A stretch of DNA of 64,000 bases from an uncultured Verrucomicrobiae bacterium (GCA_963702845.1 OY969763.1:5248001-5312000), one strand, 5' to 3'. Shown: positions 8,638-18,626, numbered from the stretch's first letter. The notes: generated by a model from the sequence alone, not told the origin. Numbers and translations are program-made.

Positions 8638-8683
8638 ATACACAACCCGCTGTTCGTTGATTAAAAGTTAAGGCGCGAAATCT

Positions 8684-8953
8684 GTGAAGCCGTTTCTCAT
8701 AGTCTTGCTCTTGGTTGAGCTGCTCATCGCGTACTTCCTGCTGGCTCCCGAGTTTGATCGTGAGCAGGAGCGTGTCGCCTTCGCGGTTTGGCTCCAGAAG
8801 AGGACGCCAGAGGCTAGGGCTGAATTTGAGAGGCAGAAACGCATTAGCGACTGGTATCGGGTCGGCGCTTCTACTTTGGCTTTCGGCGTCATGGCTGTCC
8901 CGACGGTGCTCAGTAGCAGAGCAAGGGCGCGTCGCAATCCTGCCGCGCTTTGA
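8684..8953 (+). CDS. Small hypothetical membrane protein
   Basis: GTG start, 89 aa, TM-charged helix-TM layout. Confidence 0.6.
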   Translation: MKPFLIVLLLVELLIAYFLLAPEFDREQERVAFAVWLQKRTPEARAEFERQKRISDWYRVGASTLAFGVMAVPTVLSSRARARRNPAAL

Positions 8954-8959
8954 CCTCTC

Positions 8960-9067
8960 ATGCCTCACATCGCACCCATCCCACTGAACGAGGCGAACCT
9001 CCAGCGCCTCGATAAAAAAATAAACATTCCGCGTTACGACCGCCGTGCCCTCGGCCAAAGGATCGTC
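8960..9067 (+). pseudogene. 5' fragment of a mannitol dehydrogenase/fructuronate reductase family gene
   Basis: MPHIAPIPLNEANLQRLDKKINIPRYDRRALGQRIV resembles the family N-terminus (P-x-Y-D-R...IVH-x-G-x-G-x-F-H-R). It is cut just before the Rossmann motif. Confidence 0.65.
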
Positions 9068-9068
9068 T

Positions 9069-10172
9069 CTATTTTCCTCCCGCGCCGGTTGGAGTAACGG
9101 TCTTCACGGCAGGGACGACTTCCTTTCGCAACCGGTCGATGTATTCCTTCGTCAGCTCCCAATACATGGCCGGATGGAGTTGGCCATCGTGCCCGACCCA
9201 TTTCTCCTGATCGGGCGCGAGGTGGCTCGTGTCGGTCGTCCAGACGGCCGATTCTTCGAGATAGTCATTAAACGCCTGGATCATGACGATCTGCGGTTTC
9301 TTGTTCTGGAGCACCTTCTCCCAGCAGGCCCGGTAGAAGTCGCCACCGTTACGCGGTTCAATCTCATTTGGCCGATGGACATTGAATCCCGGCTGGACCA
9401 ACTCAATCTCAGGATGCAGCAACGTCCCCTGATGCAACGGCAGCGGCCAACCGTATTCGCCGGCCGCCGCGTAGCCGGTAAACGTCCGCAACGTAAACTG
9501 GTCGCCGAAAGTCTTCTCTCCCTTGTAACCCGCCCATTCCTGGATCAATTGCGGCAGGCGCAGACCGTAACAAATCAACAGCGGCTTGCCGTTGAGGTGG
9601 TAGAAATTATCCGGACCGCCGTAGTTCGGATTATTTAGAAACGTCTTGGCCACGTCCTCAGCCACCTTTTCGATCGCCAAGCCCCATGGATCATTGCCGC
9701 GACAATCTTCATGCACGCCGACTCCCAAGGCATATTTGATCTTCCACCGGTGGGTCTTGTTCCAAACGGCAATCCGTTCGCACGTTTTGCGCCCGCAACC
9801 AACCATGTAATTATAGATATCCGTTTTCCGATAGCCGCCCAATCCGCCGGGACTCAACTCGAGAGCCACAAAGTCAATTCGGGCTTCGGCCAGTTTTTGC
9901 AGATGGTAATCAATGACCTTGATGTCATCGCTGGCATAATGGCGAAAGTCATTTGTCTTAGCAAAACAGAGCGGCAAGTAGGTCCCGGCCCTGGTATAGC
10001 CAATGACATTGGTCCAAACAGCTGGATAATACGTGCAATACCAAATTCCCACATCCGACGGGCCAACTCCATTTCCATTCGTTCTCGGTGCGGCCAAGGC
10101 ATTGGCGGTGTGAACCGACAAAACACCCAGCGCAATAATGCCCGCCCACTGCGGCAGCGAAAAAAGTTTCAT
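9069..10172 (-). CDS. Secreted GH99/GH71-like (DUF5010-like) putative glycoside hydrolase
   Basis: Signal peptide; IDYHLQKLAEARIDF, YHLNGKPLL, VQPGFN, IVMIQAFNDYLEES, a pattern like the WNExxE motif of these TIM barrels. Confidence 0.6.
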   Translation of the reverse strand: MKLFSLPQWAGIIALGVLSVHTANALAAPRTNGNGVGPSDVGIWYCTYYPAVWTNVIGYTRAGTYLPLCFAKTNDFRHYASDDIKVIDYHLQKLAEARIDFVALELSPGGLGGYRKTDIYNYMVGCGRKTCERIAVWNKTHRWKIKYALGVGVHEDCRGNDPWGLAIEKVAEDVAKTFLNNPNYGGPDNFYHLNGKPLLICYGLRLPQLIQEWAGYKGEKTFGDQFTLRTFTGYAAAGEYGWPLPLHQGTLLHPEIELVQPGFNVHRPNEIEPRNGGDFYRACWEKVLQNKKPQIVMIQAFNDYLEESAVWTTDTSHLAPDQEKWVGHDGQLHPAMYWELTKEYIDRLRKEVVPAVKTVTPTGAGGK

Positions 10173-10301
10173 AAATCTGTCTTTGCGATGGTTGATTTGC
10201 GATTACCGAAATTCAGCCGCTCAATGCTGTCGCAGAACCGCAGAATAAAGCCAACCCTTTGTAGCTGCTCAAAAGCGGGTTTTGATGCCTAATTGAATCG
10301 C

Positions 10302-11504
10302 ATGACCGCTCTTACAACAAACGCTCGTCTGCTTTCCGTAACTGGATTACTTGTCTCGGGTTTTATCTTTTCATTGGCAGGAGTCCGACTCGATGCCGCA
10401 AACGAGTTTGTCACCGTGTCCAACGCGATGCAGCAATGCATCGACCAAAAAGAAGCGGCTGGGGTCGTGACACTGATTGCGACGCCCATCAAAGTGCTGC
10501 ATCTGGAGGCGAACGGCTTTGCGGACATCGCGGCCAACATCCCAATGCGAACCAACACGCTGTGCCGGATCGCGTCGATGACCAAGCTGCTGACGGCAAC
10601 CGCGATCATGATGCTCCAGGACGAGGGAAAGCTTTCGGTCGATGACCCGGTCGCCAAATACATCCCCGAACTCGCGGACATGAAAACGACCGACGGCAAA
10701 CCAGGCAAGCTGACTTTGCGCCATCTGTTAACTCACACCTCAGGCATGCCCGAAGGGACTTTTGCGCAGTATAAGAAAGCCCAGAAACTGGCGGATGCGA
10801 TCCCGTTCTTTATCGGCAAGTCGCTGGCCTTCGAACCCGGAACGAAATGGGATTACTGTCAATCGGGTATCAACACTTTGGGCCGCATTGTCGAGATTGT
10901 CTCGGGAGAATCCTATCCGGATTTTTTGCAGAAGCGTCTGTTGGATCCGCTGGGCATGAAAGATACCACCTTCTATCTCAGCCCGGAGCAATTACCCAGC
11001 ATGGCCAAGTGTTATGAGCGCACGAATGGCACGCTCATTGTAGAAGACACTAGCGTAACCGGCCACGCGCCGACGGATCGCACTCGCTACCCCGCGCCGA
11101 ACAGTGGTTTGTTTTCCACGGCGCCGGATTTCGCGAAGTTCTGTCAGATGATCCTCAACGGAGGAAAACTTCACGGAAAAAGATACTTGAAGGCAAAAAC
11201 CGTCAAACTGATGACCAGTATTCAAACGGGCGATCTCAAGACCGGTTTCACCGAGGGAAACGGTTGGGGCTTGGGCTGGTGTGTGGTGCGCCAGCCGCAA
11301 GGCATCACAGCGATGTTATCACCCGGAACGTTTGGCCACGGCGGCGGCTTCGGCACGCAGGCCTGGATTGATCCGCAGAAAAAAGTTATCTATATCTTGA
11401 TGTATCAGCGCTCAAATTTTCCGACCAATGCCGATGAGTCAATCGTGCGCCGCTCCTTTCAAGTCGCTGCCGCCGAAGCCATGGGCTGGGTGGGAAAACC
11501 GTGA
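10302..11504 (+). CDS. Serine hydrolase, beta-lactamase/AmpC-like family
   Basis: IASMTK (SxxK), LLTHTSG, FEPGTKWDY, LLDPLGMKDT, FGHGG; N-terminal signal. Confidence 0.92.
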   Translation: MTALTTNARLLSVTGLLVSGFIFSLAGVRLDAANEFVTVSNAMQQCIDQKEAAGVVTLIATPIKVLHLEANGFADIAANIPMRTNTLCRIASMTKLLTATAIMMLQDEGKLSVDDPVAKYIPELADMKTTDGKPGKLTLRHLLTHTSGMPEGTFAQYKKAQKLADAIPFFIGKSLAFEPGTKWDYCQSGINTLGRIVEIVSGESYPDFLQKRLLDPLGMKDTTFYLSPEQLPSMAKCYERTNGTLIVEDTSVTGHAPTDRTRYPAPNSGLFSTAPDFAKFCQMILNGGKLHGKRYLKAKTVKLMTSIQTGDLKTGFTEGNGWGLGWCVVRQPQGITAMLSPGTFGHGGGFGTQAWIDPQKKVIYILMYQRSNFPTNADESIVRRSFQVAAAEAMGWVGKP

Positions 11505-11581
11505 TCGACTGCTAAGTTCATAACAGCGAGTTTCCGTTGCAATCGATGCTCTCCCGCAGAGCGCGTCCACAAAAAGCCCGA

Positions 11582-14443
11582 CTATTTCAGCGCGTCAGGA
11601 GAGCCCTTCCAAATGAGGCGCAGAGAATCCAGGCGGATTCGGGATTGCTCGATGACGACCGCCAATTCGATCTGCTGTGATTGTGCGATCTCGATTTCCT
11701 GCGGACGAATGTGATCGTTCACCTTAATCAGCATTTGCAATCGCTGAACTTCGTGGCCAAGCAGGCGGTTCATCTCGGTCAACGCAGACTGGCGCAGACG
11801 GGTCGCCTGTTGCTCCGCCAGTTTGACGGCGGCTTCTAACATTGCGGGAAGTGTCTCCCGGGCGATGTTTGGGTTTTCGATTAACTTGTGACCTGAACCT
11901 TTCTGAAATTTTCGTTCCAGCGTGGCGTCTCGAAAAGATGCGCTGACGTCCTCGAGTTTGTGAGTGACGGCCAGATGAATCGGGGTGGGCGCAAGAAATC
12001 GGTCGGCGTGCAACTTGGGCGAAGCGACCGTTTCGAGAACGAAGATGGTTTCCAACACGATCCTTCGATCGTTCTCGGCCGGCAGCACGGCGAAGGCGCA
12101 GTTTCCGGTTTCCGACCCAAGCAACAACTCCATCGCTCCGGCCACCATCGGATGATCCCAAGTGAGAAACGCGACATCTTCGCGGCTGAGCGCGCGGCGG
12201 CGATCAAAGGTGGCCACGGTTCCTTCAGCGGGAATGGACGGGAACGAATCGGTGATGACGCCGTCGGGATTCAATTGAAAGGTATGAGGCGCCAGCTCCT
12301 CGAGGTGGACTCCGTAATGATCGAAGACATCGAGCATGTAATTCTCGAGAACCTCCTGACGATCTTGTTCCTGGATCGCGCTGACGATTTTGGCAGCGGC
12401 TGCGGGTCGAAAGGAATTGAGTTCCAGCAAACGATCACGACCTTGTTCGAGCAGACGGCGCATCGACTCACGGGCTTGCTTCGTTTTGGTCAAGAGATCG
12501 GCCAGTTCGGCTTCTGCTTCCTTTCGGTCTGCGACCGGATATTCCAGGGCCAAATCGTGAACGGCGCGTCCGAATTTGCGCATGAGTTCATTGCCGCCCT
12601 CGAGATTGCTTTCGAAGGCGTTCAGCCCGTCGTGATACCAGCGGGCCAAAACGAGTTGCGGACTGTGCTCGACATACGGCACGTGGATTTGGATGTCTTC
12701 GGTTTGTCCGATGCGGTCCAAACGGCCAATGCGCTGTTCGAGCAGTTCCGGATTGAGCGGCAGATCAAACAGGACGAGGTGATGGGCAAATTGAAAATTG
12801 CGCCCTTCGCTGCCGATCTCCGAACAGATCAACAGCCGCGCCCCATCAGGTTCGGCGAACCACGCGGCGTTGCGGTCGCGCTGGACCAGCGTCAATCCTT
12901 CGTGAAAAATTCCCGTCTTGATGGTGAGATGACGCCGGAGCGCGGCATCCAGGGCTTCAGCCTTTTCAATACTGCGAGTGATCACCAACACTTTTTCCGG
13001 CGCCAGTTTTTGCAACAGTTCCGTCAGCCATCGAACGCGCGGATCTTTGACCAGATCGGACGATGTCTGCAGATTCGTGTCGCCCGCATCTTCGGCGAAT
13101 TCGGCGGAGAGGCGATCGAGCAACGGCTCCGGGTCGGTGCCCGCGTCGAGTTTCGCCAATAGCGCGGTGCGCTTTGGAAAACCTTTCATGCCGGCGCGAG
13201 TGTTACGGAACAGCACACGTCCGGGCCCATGCAAATCCAGCAGTTCTTCCAACAACGCCGACCGTGCTTCGGCGTTGCCATTCGCCAATTCAGCCAGGCG
13301 TTGTTCCAGATTTGGATCATGTGCGAGCAATCTGCGCAGCAGTGTTTGGTCTTTGGCGGTAATGGCCGTGCCGCTCGATAACTTGCCGGCAACATCTGCC
13401 GTTGCCTTGTAATGTTCCGACTCAGCTTGAAACGTGGCGAGGTCGCGGTAACGCTCCGGGTCGAGCAATCGCAATCTCGCAAAGTGGCTTTCTACGCCGA
13501 GCTGTTCCGGTGTGGCGGTCAGTAACAACAATCCTTCAGATGTGCGGCTGAGTTCTTCGACAACTTGATATTCGCGACTCGGCGCGTCCTGAGACCATTC
13601 GAGGTGATGCGCCTCATCGACCACGAGAATATCCCAGCCCGCCGCGATGGCGTGCGCTGCCTGCCTGGGTTCACGCGCCAGAAAATCGATGCTGGTCAGC
13701 ACAAACTGATCATCTAAAAACGGGTTCGCTCCCGGTTCGCCTGCTTCGATGGCTGCGCAACGTTCCGCGTCAAAAATATTCAGCCAGACATTGAATCGTC
13801 GGAGCATTTCCACGAACCACTGATGCACCAGCGATTCCGGGACAAGCACGAGGATGCGATTGGCGCGTCCGCTCAGAAGCAGGCGATGCAGGATGAGACA
13901 GGCCTCGATTGTTTTTCCAAGTCCGACTTCATCCGAGAGCATCACGCGCGGGGCGTGCCGACTGGTCACTTCCTGCGCGATGTAAAGCTGGTGCGGTATC
14001 AGATCAATGCGACCACTGACAAAACCGCGCACGGGAGATTTACGCGAGCGATGCAGCCCTTCCAACGTGCGGCGACGGAGATCAAACACCGCTGCCGTTT
14101 CAAAATGTCCCTTGAACAAACGCTCCTGCGGGCCCTGCAAACTGATTCGGTCACTAAGCGCTGCTTCGGGCACACGCTGTTTGTTCGCGACATAGATCAG
14201 CAAGCCCCTCTGTTCGATGACTTCCTCGATATGAATTTCTTGATCGTTTTGCGTTTTGACTTTGTCGCCGACATGGAACCGCACACGTTTCAGCGGCGCG
14301 TTCTCGGCAACATACGTGCGGGTTTCGCCAGCGGCGATGAACTCGATCTGCACCCGGCCTCCTGCGGTTTGCACAATCGTGCCCAAACCAAGCTCCGGCT
14401 CCGATTCGCTGATCCATCGCTGACCTATTTGAAATAAAAGCAT
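11582..14443 (-). CDS. rapA: RNA polymerase-associated protein RapA (SNF2 ATPase)
   Basis: GQRWISESEPELGLG N-terminus, SDEVGLGKT, VVDEAHHL, LLLTATPEQLG, SEIGSEGRNFQFA, LEQRIGRLDRIGQ; 953 aa. Confidence 0.96.
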   Translation of the reverse strand: MLLFQIGQRWISESEPELGLGTIVQTAGGRVQIEFIAAGETRTYVAENAPLKRVRFHVGDKVKTQNDQEIHIEEVIEQRGLLIYVANKQRVPEAALSDRISLQGPQERLFKGHFETAAVFDLRRRTLEGLHRSRKSPVRGFVSGRIDLIPHQLYIAQEVTSRHAPRVMLSDEVGLGKTIEACLILHRLLLSGRANRILVLVPESLVHQWFVEMLRRFNVWLNIFDAERCAAIEAGEPGANPFLDDQFVLTSIDFLAREPRQAAHAIAAGWDILVVDEAHHLEWSQDAPSREYQVVEELSRTSEGLLLLTATPEQLGVESHFARLRLLDPERYRDLATFQAESEHYKATADVAGKLSSGTAITAKDQTLLRRLLAHDPNLEQRLAELANGNAEARSALLEELLDLHGPGRVLFRNTRAGMKGFPKRTALLAKLDAGTDPEPLLDRLSAEFAEDAGDTNLQTSSDLVKDPRVRWLTELLQKLAPEKVLVITRSIEKAEALDAALRRHLTIKTGIFHEGLTLVQRDRNAAWFAEPDGARLLICSEIGSEGRNFQFAHHLVLFDLPLNPELLEQRIGRLDRIGQTEDIQIHVPYVEHSPQLVLARWYHDGLNAFESNLEGGNELMRKFGRAVHDLALEYPVADRKEAEAELADLLTKTKQARESMRRLLEQGRDRLLELNSFRPAAAAKIVSAIQEQDRQEVLENYMLDVFDHYGVHLEELAPHTFQLNPDGVITDSFPSIPAEGTVATFDRRRALSREDVAFLTWDHPMVAGAMELLLGSETGNCAFAVLPAENDRRIVLETIFVLETVASPKLHADRFLAPTPIHLAVTHKLEDVSASFRDATLERKFQKGSGHKLIENPNIARETLPAMLEAAVKLAEQQATRLRQSALTEMNRLLGHEVQRLQMLIKVNDHIRPQEIEIAQSQQIELAVVIEQSRIRLDSLRLIWKGSPDALK

Positions 14444-14454
14444 TAAAAACGAAG

Positions 14455-14542
14455 TGGTGCCGGAGGCGGGACTCGAACCCGCACGACTTTTTAAGGTCCC
14501 AGGATTTTAAGTCCTGTGCGTCTGCCATTTCGCCACTCCGGC
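14455..14542 (-). tRNA. tRNA-Leu (anticodon TAA)
   Basis: Acceptor stem gccggag/ctccggc plus ACCA, D-arm tggcgaaatggcagac, anticodon arm cagga-ctTAAaa-tcctg, long variable arm, T-loop gggttcgagtccc. Confidence 0.97.
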
Positions 14543-14849
14543 TCGTTTTTCTGTTCGAGAGTTACGGCATCCAGCGTTGCAACGTTGCGCAACACAACTC
14601 CAGAACCACAAAAGGTTGCGCAATGACCGCTGCTAAGCCCAGCTTAAAAACTCAACATGCCGTCGCAACAGTAGCCCACGCCACTGAACTTTTCCAACGA
14701 CTCTAGTTGTTAGCCCTAGAATATGCGGACGTGTCTACGGTGCGCCTAAACAGTCTGCGGCGTCAGACGGCAGGTCATTTCACCAAGCCGCCTCACCGGT
14801 GAAATTTCCTCGTCTCCACTGCTCCGTTGGCCAATACTACCAATCACCA

Positions 14850-17420
14850 ATGCAACGGTTGCTAAAAGGCTTGCTCGCGGGGCTTCTGACATTTGCTTTC
14901 ACCTCGCGCGCCTTCGCTCGGGATTTCTCCTTCCGCGAAGGCGGGCTGCACACGTTTCAGGTTGCTGACAAGGATCTCGTCGCAAAATCTCATTCCGTCC
15001 AGGCCAAAGGCGGTAATCGTGTATTTGAAATCACTTCGCGAGTGACACTTCAACTCAATGATCCGTCGGCCCTGAATTCTGTCCTGGCTGGAAGTTCGCT
15101 CAAGATCGCGCGGAAAATCGGTGTGAATATTTTCATCTTGCAGGCACCTGATGCGACCACAGCCGCGCGGGAAGCTCATCGCCTTGCTGCGCTTCACGGC
15201 GTAAAGACCAGCATCCCGGTGATGCGACGTCCTGCCGTGCTTCACGGACCGTATGCCTACAAACCGAACGATCCCTACTCGTTTAATCAATGGCACGTCG
15301 AACATCGCGACCCGCAAACCGGTGCGGTCACCGGGCCAAGCCTGAACGCGCGCGCCGCATGGCCTTTTACTCTTGGGCAAGGAATTACCATAGGTGTCGG
15401 CGATGATGGCATCGAATATACCCATCCCGAGCTGGCCGCGCGCGCTGTTGGTGCGCCGCACTTCAACTTCTATGCGAACACCAATAGCGGCATGCCGGAT
15501 TCGACCAGCGACATGCACGCTACTGCCGTTGCCGGCCTGATTGCGGCGGAGCTCAATAATAATCTCGGGGGTTCAGGCGTGGCCCCGGGCGCGAACCTTG
15601 CCAGCTGGAAAATTTTTAGAGGAGGTTCATTGCTAACAACCGACGAACAATTGATGGATATGTTTCAATACGCATCCAACGTCGTGGCTGTGCAGAATCA
15701 CAGTTGGGGCTACGGCGGCGATTCGCAAATCACGGTGGGATTACTTCCTACAATCGGTGTGTCCAACGCCGTGCATTATGGTCGGGACGGAAAAGGCGCA
15801 GTCATCGTGCGCAGTGGCGGTAATTCCCGAGTCGATGGAGCGGACGCGAATGACGATGCTTACCTCGCTGACCCGCAGATTATTGCTGTTGGCGCAGTCA
15901 GGATCGACGGCCGCGCGGCCGGCTACAGCAATCCCGGCGCGTGTTTGTTAGTGGCAGCGCCCGGCGGAGAATTAGCGACTGGCACATTGTTTACCACAGA
16001 CCGCCAGGGTGCGCTTGGATATAACGCCATCACTAATTACGCCAACGACCCCACCCTTGGAGATTATTGTTTCGATTCAACCGGCTTCTATGGCACGTCG
16101 GCAGCCGCTCCGCAGATCTCCGGTGTCGCGGCGTTAATTTTATCCGCAAACACAAACCTGAGCTATCGCGACGTTCAACAAATTTTAATTTTGTCGGCGA
16201 GACACTTCGATGACAGCGATCCAGATCTGGGCACGAACGCCGCAGGTTTCCGCGTCAGTCACAATCAAGGCTTCGGCATTCCCGACGCTGGCGTGGCGGT
16301 GCAGTTGGCGCGCTCGTGGCCGAATCGCCCACCAGCCGTGACGTTGACTTGGGCCGACACGACAACGAACGCAATTCCCGACGATGGTTTGCACGTTCTC
16401 ATAACTGACCTTGCGCCGATTTCCGCCAGTCCCAGTTTGGGAATCCACCCTGATTTCCCAACGGCTCAACTGTCGCTGGTAGACGTCGGTATGGCGCTCG
16501 GACCGATCGCACAAAACCTGACCAACAAAGGCGCGCTAATCCAGCGCGGGAACAATAGTTTCTCCGACAAAATTGGCTACGCCGCCCAAGCTGGAGCGGC
16601 CTTTGCCATTGTCTACAACAATACAGGCACGAGCGAGCGCGTCGTGATGGGCACCACTGATTTCGTCCCGATTCCTGCCGTGTTCATCGGCAAAACCAAT
16701 GGCGACACGCTTCATGCGCTCTTGCTTCAGTCGAATCTTCAGGCGCAGCTCGCCACCACATCTGCGTCGTATTCGTTCAATGTGACAAACACGTTGTCGT
16801 GCGAACATGTTTCCGTGCATTTGCAGACCGATCATCCGCGTCGCGCCGATCTGCGCATCACTTTGTTGTCACCGCAAGGGACGGTCAGCGTGCTCGATCA
16901 TTTGAATAGCGATCCTGCGGCTGGCCCAGTGGATTGGATTTACAGCTCGACGCACCACTTCTTTGAAAGCAGTTACGGAACCTGGACGATCAAGGTGACG
17001 GACGAAGCCGCCGGTTCAACTGGCTCAGTGCTATTCTGCGCGTTAACTATTGAAGGCGTTCCGCTTACCGACAGCGACCACGATGGCCTCGATGACAATT
17101 GGGAACTCGCCCATTTCGGAACTCTTTCCTACGGCCCGCAGGACGACCCCGATCACGACGGCTACAACAACATGCGCGAACAACTCATGGGCACTGATCC
17201 GATGGTTCCCGCGCCGATCATCGCCGACTTCTCGCGCTGGAACAGCAATTTGGCACGCGTGAGTTGGACCTCAACAGCGGGAACAAATTACAACGTGCTC
17301 GCTGGTGCGGATATCGCCAATTTGGGAGTCGTGACGAATCTCGCCGGCGCATTTCCGGAAACGGAATGGTTTGTGCCATACACGAACGCGATGCGCTTCT
17401 TTGAGGTGCGCAGGCCATGA
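14850..17420 (+). CDS. Secreted S8 kexin/furin-like serine protease with PA domain, P-domain, Asp-rich repeats and a C-terminal beta domain
   Basis: Catalytic VGDDG, HATAVAG, SGGN and GTSAAAP; PA domain ALIQRG...KIGYAAQAGA; P-domain CEHVSV...DLRITLLSPQGT; DSDHDGLDDNWE. Confidence 0.93.
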   Translation: MQRLLKGLLAGLLTFAFTSRAFARDFSFREGGLHTFQVADKDLVAKSHSVQAKGGNRVFEITSRVTLQLNDPSALNSVLAGSSLKIARKIGVNIFILQAPDATTAAREAHRLAALHGVKTSIPVMRRPAVLHGPYAYKPNDPYSFNQWHVEHRDPQTGAVTGPSLNARAAWPFTLGQGITIGVGDDGIEYTHPELAARAVGAPHFNFYANTNSGMPDSTSDMHATAVAGLIAAELNNNLGGSGVAPGANLASWKIFRGGSLLTTDEQLMDMFQYASNVVAVQNHSWGYGGDSQITVGLLPTIGVSNAVHYGRDGKGAVIVRSGGNSRVDGADANDDAYLADPQIIAVGAVRIDGRAAGYSNPGACLLVAAPGGELATGTLFTTDRQGALGYNAITNYANDPTLGDYCFDSTGFYGTSAAAPQISGVAALILSANTNLSYRDVQQILILSARHFDDSDPDLGTNAAGFRVSHNQGFGIPDAGVAVQLARSWPNRPPAVTLTWADTTTNAIPDDGLHVLITDLAPISASPSLGIHPDFPTAQLSLVDVGMALGPIAQNLTNKGALIQRGNNSFSDKIGYAAQAGAAFAIVYNNTGTSERVVMGTTDFVPIPAVFIGKTNGDTLHALLLQSNLQAQLATTSASYSFNVTNTLSCEHVSVHLQTDHPRRADLRITLLSPQGTVSVLDHLNSDPAAGPVDWIYSSTHHFFESSYGTWTIKVTDEAAGSTGSVLFCALTIEGVPLTDSDHDGLDDNWELAHFGTLSYGPQDDPDHDGYNNMREQLMGTDPMVPAPIIADFSRWNSNLARVSWTSTAGTNYNVLAGADIANLGVVTNLAGAFPETEWFVPYTNAMRFFEVRRP

Positions 17421-18028
17421 GCATCAGTAACACAAAGCGCTTCGATCGCGCCATTGCCCGGTTCGACGAGGAAAACTCGCACGATCCAAACAACGATATC
17501 GTCGATGGCAAACCTCACCCGCGCGAAGTGGTTTACGCAAAGCGCCTGACCAATTGGGTGCGCAAACTCGCTCCGCAGGCGTCGGAAGTTTTACTGCTCG
17601 CGGCGCGTTGCCAGCACATATGCCGTTGGAAAATTCCGCGCAGTTCCTTTCCGCTCGACCGGCCCGGTTATTTGAAATGGCGCGCGGAATTGAAAAACTT
17701 TCACGCTGCCAAAGCGGGCGCGATTTTGCGCGAGGTCGGTTACGACGAAGAAACCGTCCAGAAAGTTCAGGACCTCAACCTGAAAAAGAATTTTCCAGCA
17801 GACCCCGAGTGCCGCGTCCTCGAAGACGCGCTCTGCCTCGTATTTTTGGAACATCAACTCGCCGATCTGGCCGAACGTTTCGACGAAGTGAAAATGATGA
17901 ACGCCGTTCAGAAGTCGTGGATCAAAATGTCGCCGCAAGGCCGTGAAGAGGCGCTGAAAATTCCGATGAACGAACGGGCGTTGCAGTTGGTCGCAAAAGC
18001 GTTGCAAGGCTTGCAACCCAAAACCTAA
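17417..18028 (+). CDS. DUF4202 family (HD-like) protein
   Basis: FDEENSHDPN, LAARCQHICRW, GYLKWR, LEDALCLVFL, KSWIKMS; ATGA overlap with the protease gene. Confidence 0.85.
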   Translation: MSISNTKRFDRAIARFDEENSHDPNNDIVDGKPHPREVVYAKRLTNWVRKLAPQASEVLLLAARCQHICRWKIPRSSFPLDRPGYLKWRAELKNFHAAKAGAILREVGYDEETVQKVQDLNLKKNFPADPECRVLEDALCLVFLEHQLADLAERFDEVKMMNAVQKSWIKMSPQGREEALKIPMNERALQLVAKALQGLQPKT

Positions 18029-18531
18029 CGGCCGCGAATCTGCTTCCAGAGCGGTTCGAGATCGACGTCTTTCAAAGCGAGAGCGCGCACTTGTTTGGCG
18101 TCACCGCGCGCCATCGCTTTATCGAGCCAATCGCGCGCCTGCTCAAGATTGCCGAGCTGACATTCGTAACACGACAGGTTGTAAGCAATCAGCGCTTCAC
18201 CGGGAAACTTTTGCTCAGCCTTCGTCAAAATCTTTCGCGCCTGATCAATGCCGCCGCCCGGCTTGCGCCGAACAGCATATGCAAGCGAGAGCCAGACACC
18301 AGGCGCGTCACGCATGACATCGACCATTTTGTCAGCAACGTCAGCAGCTTGCCCCCAATCCTTGGAGGCGGCGCTGACATCGTAGGCGGTCAGGAGAACG
18401 GCCGGAGCATTCCGGTTTTGCGGGCTGATTTTTTCCAGCTCCAACCGGGCCTCGCGCCAATTCCCCAGGCCAAGCCAGCCAAGCGCTGCAGAAAGATGAT
18501 GCCGGTCGGGGGGCTCTAATGTCGTTTCCAT
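18025..18531 (-). CDS. TPR-repeat protein
   Basis: HHLSAALGWLGLGN; YNLSCYECQLG...ARDWLDKA...DVDLEPL TPR-type C-terminal motif. Confidence 0.8.
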   Translation of the reverse strand: METTLEPPDRHHLSAALGWLGLGNWREARLELEKISPQNRNAPAVLLTAYDVSAASKDWGQAADVADKMVDVMRDAPGVWLSLAYAVRRKPGGGIDQARKILTKAEQKFPGEALIAYNLSCYECQLGNLEQARDWLDKAMARGDAKQVRALALKDVDLEPLWKQIRGR

Positions 18532-18626
18532 TGAACGCGTCTAACATAGCAAAAACCCAACTCGACAGCTATGGGTCAAAAGCCGATTGTTGAAATCTAC
18601 CCACCACCACGCGATACTTTGAACCA

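Noticed and set aside
8636..8683. Integron attC site between the two small ORFs
   Set aside because: gttaagg is not a proper GTTRRRY, no complementary RYYYAAC or extended stem is evident, and there is no integrase.
11504..14542. tRNA-Leu-anchored genomic island
   Set aside because: I saw no duplicated tRNA 3' end and no integrase, and the gene next to the tRNA is rapA.
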